Source: a virus. From it: a DNA stretch of 33,235 nt. A program made the position numbers and the translations under genes. The stretch lies in IMG/VR virus record IMGVR_UViG_3300036770_004485, one strand, 5' to 3'. This document shows positions 27,008 to 33,235 of this stretch, in pieces (within the stretch, counting starts at the first letter, position 1; the number at the start of each line of letters is the position of its first letter). The notes beneath the pieces are model-generated. The model was not told where the DNA came from and did no database searches. It was given only the letters and a program-made list of their open reading frames with translations.

Positions 27008-27510
27008 ACTTGTGTCATCCATGTAAAATCGGAGGGGAAACCATCAAGAAAGAACGTGCCAGAATTAACACGCTTGCCGCCATGTTGATTGTAGATCCAA
27101 TTACCTTTTTCATCCTGAACTTCTACAGCAGAGCGTACAGTTTCTTTGTCTGCCTCATAGATTTCCAAACGATCAGGATAAAATGCCAGGAAAACTACAT
27201 CATCATAGTCTTGATCGGGGCGGATTTGTTGCCAACGAAAGTGAGTGCCATCGCCCCACAAGAATGAACCTTTAATTTCTTTCTTGCGACCAGCAGCAAT
27301 ACGATCGTGGTCAGAGTTCTCTGCTTTTTCTACAAGAACACCCTTAGATTCCATGTATTCTTGATAGACACGCTCAAAGTATTTGCCTTTCTTCTTAGAA
27401 GAGAGGTCTTTGAGGGTTTTGAAGGGAGAATCAGCATACGGATCTTTGCTTTGCTCTTTAGCAATCTCAGCAAAGACTTTAGTAGAATTGAAGTCGTTAG
27501 CGTTGAGCAT
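27004..27510 (-). CDS. Putative PD-(D/E)xK restriction-endonuclease-like protein
   Basis: 168 aa; KGKYFE helix, DHD...KEIK catalytic pattern, QQIR..QDYD; coupled to the methyltransferase. Confidence 0.7.
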   Translation of the reverse strand: MLNANDFNSTKVFAEIAKEQSKDPYADSPFKTLKDLSSKKKGKYFERVYQEYMESKGVLVEKAENSDHDRIAAGRKKEIKGSFLWGDGTHFRWQQIRPDQDYDDVVFLAFYPDRLEIYEADKETVRSAVEVQDEKGNWIYNQHGGKRVNSGTFFLDGFPSDFTWMTQV

Positions 27511-27533
27511 AACCTTGACTTGAGTACCTTGTT

Positions 27534-27570
27534 ATTATAGCACACAAAAAAGGGAGGATGCGACCCTCCC
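27534..27570 (-). promoter_or_regulatory. Terminator fused to extended -10 promoter
   Basis: GGGAGG-7-CCTCCC-T6, then GTG-TGC-TATAAT 23 nt upstream of the nuclease ATG. Confidence 0.75.
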
Positions 27571-27896
27571 TAGTCCAGTTCTTCATCTGTCCACTCTAAG
27601 CATCGTTCCTTTACTTCTTCCCAGGAATAAGTTTTCTCTTTACCAGTCATAACATCATCTGCTAATTGTAGCAGATACTCAAGAAACTCTTTGGAATAAA
27701 CTTCATCTTCTCCAAGAGATGCCCAAAACCATTCAAGACACTCTTGCTCTGGGTTATCTTCCTTGAGCAGAGCATAGTCAGTATAGTTTGATCTCATGAG
27801 ATCAGACCAAATACGAAATGCTCCACGAATACTTTGCCATCCTGTCATCCAGCAGTGACCAATCCAATAATCAAACCAGTTCAGTTTCGTTTTCAT
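27570..27896 (-). CDS. Trp-rich hypothetical protein
   Basis: 108-aa ORF in a tightly overlapping array. Confidence 0.8.
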   Translation of the reverse strand: MKTKLNWFDYWIGHCWMTGWQSIRGAFRIWSDLMRSNYTDYALLKEDNPEQECLEWFWASLGEDEVYSKEFLEYLLQLADDVMTGKEKTYSWEEVKERCLEWTDEELD

Positions 27897-28143
27897 CTAA
27901 TTCCTCCAAATGATTCCAGTTCCAAGTTCTCTCAATGAATCCAATATCAAATCCAAATTTATATACCCAAAACATAACATTCAGTAGACTATTGTTACCA
28001 ACACTAATCTGCATATAAGGCCCAGACGGATAATCGTTCCAAGAAACTGATGCCTGAAGAAGTGCCCATCGTTTATTATGTAAAATCTGAACATACCAAT
28101 CATGCCCAAAGTCATAACGGTGTTTGAATGTAATTAATTTCAT
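27871..28143 (-). CDS. Hypothetical protein
   Basis: Likely start MKLITFKHR in ATGA overlap. Confidence 0.75.
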   Translation of the reverse strand: MKLITFKHRYDFGHDWYVQILHNKRWALLQASVSWNDYPSGPYMQISVGNNSLLNVMFWVYKFGFDIGFIERTWNWNHLEELDENETELV

Positions 28144-28376
28144 TTTGAACAATGTAAAAAGTACTTATATTCTGCTACTTGATGTGGAGCATACCTCACC
28201 ACATCACAGTCCTTGTATTTATCAACAACCTCAAATGATGATTCCAATGGTTTACCGCCTGTGGAAAGATTAGCAAGCACAATCATAATAACAATAAAGA
28301 CAACAGAGGCGCCAACAAATACACCAAAACCACGGAGCAATTCTTTGAGAGCATACTTATCTTCAGGTGTCATCAT
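28140..28376 (-). CDS. Small membrane-anchored hypothetical protein
   Basis: One hydrophobic segment, then FEVVDKYKDCDVVRY. Confidence 0.75.
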   Translation of the reverse strand: MMTPEDKYALKELLRGFGVFVGASVVFIVIMIVLANLSTGGKPLESSFEVVDKYKDCDVVRYAPHQVAEYKYFLHCSK

Positions 28377-28719
28377 TATCATCCCACGGAGCACGACGGT
28401 TCATAAGTTCTTTGATTCTTTCCACCACAGCAGGATTTGGTGGTTCATTGATTCGTCGCACAAGTTCATCATATGCTTCTGCGGATACAATAATCCTTTC
28501 TGGTTCTTGTCCCAATCTCAACCTACGTTCTGGACTGATAGTTAGATTGTAAGGGTCATCATAAGGATAAATGTATTCCTGAAACCATCCAATACTCAAA
28601 CTCTCCCAGAACTCACCATATCCCCATTCATCACCATCATCATAACAGTCAAGAATATACAAGATGTTGTGGAAACCATCAAGAAAGAGTTCCCATTTAG
28701 TTGGTTCTTGAAATCTCAC
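28363..28719 (-). CDS. Hypothetical protein
   Basis: 118 aa; C-terminal S.EAYD.L..RI..PP......L..R.APW segment. Confidence 0.75.
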   Translation of the reverse strand: MRFQEPTKWELFLDGFHNILYILDCYDDGDEWGYGEFWESLSIGWFQEYIYPYDDPYNLTISPERRLRLGQEPERIIVSAEAYDELVRRINEPPNPAVVERIKELMNRRAPWDDNDDT

Positions 28720-28901
28720 AGCGTTTCATCACTCCAATAGTATCTCAGTTTATCACCATCAGCAGAAATATTCAAGTGATATGTTTTGTTGTTTTGTGTG
28801 TAAACACCAATCCATAGAGTTCTTTCATTCATACTTTCAAGATGAAACATTTGAATGTCTTGGAGTACAATCTCATCAGGATTTTCAGTAAATCTACTCA
28901 T
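28716..28901 (-). CDS. Hypothetical protein
   Basis: 61 aa; overlaps neighbours by 4-8 nt. Confidence 0.75.
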   Translation of the reverse strand: MSRFTENPDEIVLQDIQMFHLESMNERTLWIGVYTQNNKTYHLNISADGDKLRYYWSDETL

Positions 28902-29355
28902 TATTCTTCCTCACTCGTTCAAGAAACTCATCACTCTGTTGATACAATCGTGCAATCAAATCCTTAATATCATCAATTGCAATCACATTATACTCCACAT
29001 TCATATTCTCACAAATAAGAGCATCCACCATACATTCAAGTGTGATGGCTTGCATATGTTCTGGTGTGATTGGTGTCCCATGAGGAAGACCAGAACATTC
29101 TTCATTATAGAAGTGATTATATCGTCTCAGCACAGTATCACTTCGTTCTTTGCGTTCCCATTCTTGTTTTGCAAGTTCTCTGTTTGCTACTTCACGACGT
29201 TCTGCTTCCTCAAACATCTCATCAGGATAAGGTTCTTGGTTTCTCATAAGTTCTCTCAACCTTTGTTTACCGTATTCAGTGAGTTCATATTTCTTGGTGC
29301 GGAGATCATCAAGTTCTTCTTGTGTAAGATTGACCCAAGGCATTTCATCGTTCAT
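28894..29355 (-). CDS. Hypothetical protein
   Basis: Likely start MNDEMPWV in ATGA overlap. Confidence 0.75.
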   Translation of the reverse strand: MNDEMPWVNLTQEELDDLRTKKYELTEYGKQRLRELMRNQEPYPDEMFEEAERREVANRELAKQEWERKERSDTVLRRYNHFYNEECSGLPHGTPITPEHMQAITLECMVDALICENMNVEYNVIAIDDIKDLIARLYQQSDEFLERVRKNNE

Positions 29356-29567
29356 TCTGGTTGGTCCCAAAGTCGTTCTCTCAACATTCTAACACACTTG
29401 TTCCAGTCATAAGAGTTCGTGTCGTGCTCATTCGGCATCCATTCCTCAACTGCTGATACAATCTCATTACTTTGCTCAACAGAGAAACCAAGTTGATGCC
29501 TCATTACATTCCACAAGGATGCTGGACGATTGTTGAGATTGTGAAGTATTTTATCAAGGTCAGTCAT
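29352..29567 (-). CDS. Hypothetical protein
   Basis: 71 aa; overlapping array. Confidence 0.75.
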   Translation of the reverse strand: MTDLDKILHNLNNRPASLWNVMRHQLGFSVEQSNEIVSAVEEWMPNEHDTNSYDWNKCVRMLRERLWDQPE

Positions 29568-29871
29568 TCCAATATGCTCTCACATTTCTATAAGGTTCTG
29601 CTTTCACACCACCATAAGTATCAAAATAAGGCTTTGGGTCATTAGGTTGAGCAGTATGAACTAACTTTGTAATATTAGGAGAAATAGTATTAGGAGGAGT
29701 GGGAGGAGTATAAGGAGCACTATAAAGTAGTGGAGATTTACTCAAATACTCTTCAATAATATTACAAGACCATCCATCCTCATAGAATTGCTTACCATAG
29801 AAAATCGCATCTTCCTTATTTGGAAAGGAAGCAACATAAGTGTCGTTGTGATAGAGTGAATAAACTTTCAT
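29560..29871 (-). CDS. Hypothetical protein with Pro-rich C-terminal half
   Basis: Likely start MKVYSLY in ATGA overlap. Confidence 0.7.
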   Translation of the reverse strand: MKVYSLYHNDTYVASFPNKEDAIFYGKQFYEDGWSCNIIEEYLSKSPLLYSAPYTPPTPPNTISPNITKLVHTAQPNDPKPYFDTYGGVKAEPYRNVRAYWND

Positions 29872-30089
29872 TTTACAGTATCCACAAATACAGGAACTTC
29901 CCCACACATTTTAGTTGCCGCAGTATCATTAGCAGCATAAGATTTCCTACATTCTAACACAATCTCATAAGTTTTGGTGAATAACTCTCTGTCCTTTTGA
30001 GTATTGTAAGTATTCAGTAGTTCCATAGAAAGGAAATAACCAGTAACGATGAGAAGTGGAATGATGAAGATAAAGATAAAGGGCTTCAT
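29868..30089 (-). CDS. Small membrane-anchored hypothetical protein
   Basis: 73 aa; N-terminal hydrophobic segment. Confidence 0.75.
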   Translation of the reverse strand: MKPFIFIFIIPLLIVTGYFLSMELLNTYNTQKDRELFTKTYEIVLECRKSYAANDTAATKMCGEVPVFVDTVK

Positions 30090-30340
30090 TTCAGTTCTTC
30101 TTCAATCCTTTCAATCTCAAAAATTGCATTTAGAAACTCCAGACCATACTTACCTACAACCCACGCATCTTTATCTTCAAAGAACCTATCACCTACGGTT
30201 CTCATTGAATAACATTCTTTTTCTTTATCAAAGAAAGCAATCACATAACAAGTTTCACTATTTGTGTTTTGACGCCACTTGACGAGTTCATATTTGTTGT
30301 TGCATTTACTCCAACGGAACTCAATGTTACGAAATCTCAT
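30086..30340 (-). CDS. Hypothetical protein
   Basis: 84 aa; overlapping array. Confidence 0.8.
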   Translation of the reverse strand: MRFRNIEFRWSKCNNKYELVKWRQNTNSETCYVIAFFDKEKECYSMRTVGDRFFEDKDAWVVGKYGLEFLNAIFEIERIEEELK

Positions 30341-30527
30341 TGTTCTCCAAGATAGTTTTGATTTGTTTGAGGTCTTCTATTCTTTGTTTTGTAAGATCGT
30401 ATTGTTCTACATACCAATCAATATCATTGACTTCGTGATTAAGTTCTTCACGAATGTCCCATTCATAACATTGAAGATCTCCTTCTTGATCTTGTATGAA
30501 GTATTCTAATGTATCAATCAGAGACAT
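30327..30527 (-). CDS. Acidic hypothetical protein
   Basis: Likely start MSLIDTLEY. Confidence 0.7.
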   Translation of the reverse strand: MSLIDTLEYFIQDQEGDLQCYEWDIREELNHEVNDIDWYVEQYDLTKQRIEDLKQIKTILENNEIS

Positions 30528-30699
30528 GTTGATCCTCAAAATCAAACCATTCATACAGGGAATTCATTGCACCCTCAACCACACAATCAACCACAGCATC
30601 TTGGTGCGGGTTTTCTACATGTTTGTGAGCACGATTGTATCCGTAACGGACACCTTCTTCAAGTGCCATTTCTAATACTTTACGAAAGTTGGGTTTCAT
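30514..30699 (-). CDS. Hypothetical protein
   Basis: 61 aa; EEGVRYGYNRAHKH motif. Confidence 0.8.
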   Translation of the reverse strand: MKPNFRKVLEMALEEGVRYGYNRAHKHVENPHQDAVVDCVVEGAMNSLYEWFDFEDQHVSD

Positions 30700-30872
30700 T
30701 CTTCATCCTCTTCATAAGGGAACATTTCATCATACTCTTCATCAGTCAGAGTGAGATACTGAACATTAGCATTTTTGTGCTCTTCAGCATACACCAACTG
30801 ATAGTGAGCAAAGCTACTTTCAGAAGTGCTAGCATACTCTATAAGTCCATCAACAATACAAAGGTAGTTCAT
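30696..30872 (-). CDS. Small acidic hypothetical protein (58 aa), not in ORF track
   Basis: Manual translation MNYLCIVDGLIEYASTS...FPYEEDEE; ATGA overlaps at both ends. Confidence 0.8.
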   Translation of the reverse strand: MNYLCIVDGLIEYASTSESSFAHYQLVYAEEHKNANVQYLTLTDEEYDEMFPYEEDEE

Positions 30873-31084
30873 TCAATCACCTCCCAGTGTGCGTCAGATT
30901 TGTCACCAAAACGATTAGTTCCAGTTCTTGTGCTTACCCAGAAGAAGTATTTGCGATTTTCTGATGCCAGAAACAACTCACCACCAGTATCCTGCTCTAC
31001 AATACAGACAGGATTGTTATCCATAGTGTTAGCTAGACGGTTTTTCGCTTTGCTGCTTTTGGGCTTTACGAGCACTTTTCTCAT
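30869..31084 (-). CDS. Hypothetical protein
   Basis: Likely start MRKVLVKPKSSKAKNRLAN. Confidence 0.75.
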   Translation of the reverse strand: MRKVLVKPKSSKAKNRLANTMDNNPVCIVEQDTGGELFLASENRKYFFWVSTRTGTNRFGDKSDAHWEVIE

Positions 31085-31304
31085 CTTCAATTTCCTTTTT
31101 AAGTTTGCGGATACCAGTGATGAAATAAGCAAAGTCTCGTGTTTCAGTGATTCGTTTGATCTCACCACATACACCACACTTTGCTTCATAAACAGAAGAG
31201 CAACCTACAGAATAAACACCATACTTTTGTCCACAATCAAAACAAGTATTACCAGCAGTCTCAAGTTTCTTGAGTAGTGCTTTTTTTTCTTTAAGTGTCA
31301 TCAT
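31029..31304 (-). CDS. Small Zn-finger-like protein
   Basis: CFDC...CGVC pair of CxxC motifs. Confidence 0.7.
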   Translation of the reverse strand: MMTLKEKKALLKKLETAGNTCFDCGQKYGVYSVGCSSVYEAKCGVCGEIKRITETRDFAYFITGIRKLKKEIEDEKSARKAQKQQSEKPSS

Positions 31305-31683
31305 GAAGAGGTGTGTGTCTAACTTCAGTTATTTTACCATCCCGAAACAGGATGTGGCAAGAGGGCCACTTGCAATAGTGTCCATCCCACCTTGAAGGAT
31401 ATACTTCTACGACTTTGAAAATATAAACAGGTTTTATCTTTCCTCTCTTCCCAGTGGGAATCCACTCATAATTCAAAAATAATTTCTTTTCATCATACCT
31501 TGGATCATCTTCATTAATTGTCTCAAAGGTATGAGTTCCACCATAATCAATCTCATACAATTGCCCAGCAGGACTAATCCAATAGTCCTTCAGGCAACAG
31601 TCAAGATCTTTAGTTTGTAGTTCTTTATTAAGATAACCAGGACCCAAATCATATGAGGTCCTGACTGTATCAAACATTCCCAT
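31291..31683 (-). CDS. Conserved phage hypothetical protein
   Basis: 130 aa; MGMFD...QTKDL.C....YWI...GQL motif. Confidence 0.85.
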   Translation of the reverse strand: MGMFDTVRTSYDLGPGYLNKELQTKDLDCCLKDYWISPAGQLYEIDYGGTHTFETINEDDPRYDEKKLFLNYEWIPTGKRGKIKPVYIFKVVEVYPSRWDGHYCKWPSCHILFRDGKITEVRHTPLHDDT

Positions 31684-31828
31684 GATTCTTTAGAACCTCA
31701 TTACAGCGTTCCATAATCGCATTAGTAAAGTCTTCTTCTGTCCATGTGTTGAAAACACTTTCAACAGGATCATTCGGGTCCCAGGAGATAGTGAACGACC
31801 CGTCCTCATTCTCTTTAACATCAATCAT
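31670..31828 (-). CDS. Small hypothetical protein (52 aa), not in ORF track
   Basis: Manual translation MIDVKENEDGSFTISWDPNDP...; ATGA overlap. Confidence 0.75.
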   Translation of the reverse strand: MIDVKENEDGSFTISWDPNDPVESVFNTWTEEDFTNAIMERCNEVLKNHGNV

Positions 31829-32046
31829 TTGTCCCCAAGAGTAAAATCAGAAATTGGATTGTGACCATTCACAAGTGCCTGAACATCTTGTGCTTTACGC
31901 AGAAACTTTTGATGATAATCCACCCATTCTTGAATCTCTTGTTTGAGTTCAATAAAGAATTGTACCGCTGTAGTATCCTCATCCGTCAAATAATCGCCAA
32001 TCACATCACCAAGGCGATCACGACGTTGCTTTTCGTAAGTTTCCAT
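31825..32046 (-). CDS. Hypothetical protein
   Basis: Likely start METYEKQRRDRL. Confidence 0.75.
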   Translation of the reverse strand: METYEKQRRDRLGDVIGDYLTDEDTTAVQFFIELKQEIQEWVDYHQKFLRKAQDVQALVNGHNPISDFTLGDK

Positions 32047-32116
32047 GTGCCATTTATTGAGTAAAGAATCTGAAGGATCAGAGGTTTTTAACATTTCCAT
32101 CAAACCGAACAAAGGT

Positions 32117-32146
32117 ATTCTAGAGGGATTTATGGGTTTTTGTCAA
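32117..32146 (-). promoter_or_regulatory. sigma70-type promoter overlapping the peptidase 3' end
   Basis: TTGACA-18-TAGAAT. Confidence 0.65.
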
Positions 32147-32557
32147 GTAGTACAGGTATTCCTCATAAAGAACCTCCTCCATTTGAAATGCTTGCACTTC
32201 CCATGGTTGCTCTGAATAGTCCGTCTCAGTGTGATCTATGCCCCTCCAGAGACGCTTTCCATACTTATCCCTGAGAGCACCCTTGACGTGTTGATATACA
32301 TGCCAGAGTTCATGTAGGAGGGTTCTGGTGTAATGTTCGGCAGGCATTTGATTGTGCATTTCAATCTCAAATGCACGAGGACGATGATCACAATCTGTGA
32401 CACCTACCCAACCGTGAACACCATCACGAAGCATCCCACGATGATGAACAACAATGTCCAATCTGTGTCGTGGAAGATGTTTCTGAACAAACCAATTGAC
32501 GATACGCTCACAACGACGCTTGCTGTAATTGTATCCAGAAGTTTCAAGACAGAGCAT
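32120..32557 (-). CDS. HExxH zinc metallopeptidase-like protein
   Basis: TLLHELWHVYQ plus YSEQPWEVQA; likely start MLCLETSG. Confidence 0.8.
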   Translation of the reverse strand: MLCLETSGYNYSKRRCERIVNWFVQKHLPRHRLDIVVHHRGMLRDGVHGWVGVTDCDHRPRAFEIEMHNQMPAEHYTRTLLHELWHVYQHVKGALRDKYGKRLWRGIDHTETDYSEQPWEVQAFQMEEVLYEEYLYYLTKTHKSL

Positions 32558-32651
32558 AATTAAATACCACTTGAGTAAGACGTACACCCCAGTTCATCAT
32601 TGCCATAAACGACACGATAAACAGCAGTCTATCAAGAGTTGTGAATCTCAT
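32544..32651 (-). CDS. Small hydrophobic peptide (35 aa), not in ORF track
   Basis: Manual translation MRFTTLDRLLFIVSFMAMMNWGVRLTQVVFNYALS; directly behind promoter R10. Confidence 0.6.
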   Translation of the reverse strand: MRFTTLDRLLFIVSFMAMMNWGVRLTQVVFNYALS

Positions 32652-32672
32652 AGGGTCTTTGCTTACCCTTCC

Positions 32673-32731
32673 ATTATAAAACCCCTCCAGGACGATTCTG
32701 GAGGAGTCTGTGCCACTTATTTGACTGTCAC
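32673..32731 (-). promoter_or_regulatory. Promoter variant R10 with palindrome and internal terminator-like hairpin
   Basis: GTGACAGTCAAATAAGTGGCAC, hairpin CTCCTCCAG...CTGGAGGGG, then TTT-TATAAT. Confidence 0.75.
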
Positions 32732-32732
32732 A

Positions 32733-33235
32733 TCAGATGGTGGGATAAATCGTAATTGTGTTTCCCATTCCTGAGTGATTGGTGCATTGATAGTAAAGAG
32801 TATTTGATGCATTAAATGGAACTTCAAACCTTATTGTTCCAGTTGCAGCACCGTTATTTGTAACTCCATTATCATAAGCAGCACCACCATCACTTACACG
32901 AATTTGAAATGGGTGAGCTCCACCAGAGTTGTTTACAAACTCATACACTCTACCTCTTGCAAGATATAGAATTGGATCATTGGTCGTTTGAGTAAATCCA
33001 ATTCCAGTGAAGGTATAATCAGACGTTCCATTGGCACCTAAAACCCATCTACCATCAATAGCATTTGAAGTATCTCCATAATATGTGACAATGCCCGATG
33101 ATGCAGTAATAATACCAGAAGAAACTTGAACCGTTCCTAATGTTGTAACACCAGAAACATTCAACTGATTTGTAAAGGTGGTTCCAGTAATTGTTACACC
33201 AGCACCAAGAGTTTCAAGTTTTTTATTCGTTCCAA
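32733..33235 (-). CDS. C-terminus of a fibre-like structural protein with cupredoxin-like domain (5' end outside window)
   Basis: Frame stays open to the window end (GTNKKLETLGAGVTITGTTFTNQLNVSGVTT...); ends with HPFQI...LYYQCTNHSGMG. Confidence 0.8.
   Translation of the reverse strand, partial: GTNKKLETLGAGVTITGTTFTNQLNVSGVTTLGTVQVSSGIITASSGIVTYYGDTSNAIDGRWVLGANGTSDYTFTGIGFTQTTNDPILYLARGRVYEFVNNSGGAHPFQIRVSDGGAAYDNGVTNNGAATGTIRFEVPFNASNTLYYQCTNHSGMGNTITIYPTI

Noticed and set aside
28855-31277. Plus-strand ORFs of 185 and 236 aa
   Set aside because: Antisense to tightly overlapping minus-strand genes; implausible composition.

Overview
Segment of a T4-like cyanomyovirus genome, with essentially all genes on the minus strand. 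Left part (1-13.9 kb, AT-rich): structural baseplate module of gp25, gp6 and a giant gp7-like wedge protein. The gp7-like frame is >=3862 aa, runs off the left edge and is missing from the ORF track. Then a short block with a GT-A glycosyltransferase and a mannose-6-phosphate-isomerase-type cupin. At 16.4-17.15 kb is a largely non-coding hub: three sigma70-type promoters (two of them divergent), a G-rich leader, ~33-bp iterated units and four perfect cyanobacterial DnaA boxes (TTTTCCACA). This is a candidate replication origin or DnaA sink. From 17.1 to 32.7 kb is an early/accessory region of ~48 mostly small genes. It is divided into cassettes by eight ~73-bp repeated promoter units (palindrome GTGNCAGTT-N4-AASTGGCAC, variable -35, invariant TGCAATACTAAAGCATACCA) plus looser variants, several fused to terminators. 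The region includes a ligase-like KxDG protein, an SF2 helicase, a DGQH/ParB-like protein, a coupled PD-(D/E)xK nuclease + beta-class DNA methyltransferase pair, and a HExxH peptidase. The right edge holds the C-terminus of a fibre-like protein with a cupredoxin-like motif. No tRNA, rRNA or CRISPR array was recognised. Family assignments come from motif recognition by eye, not database searches.
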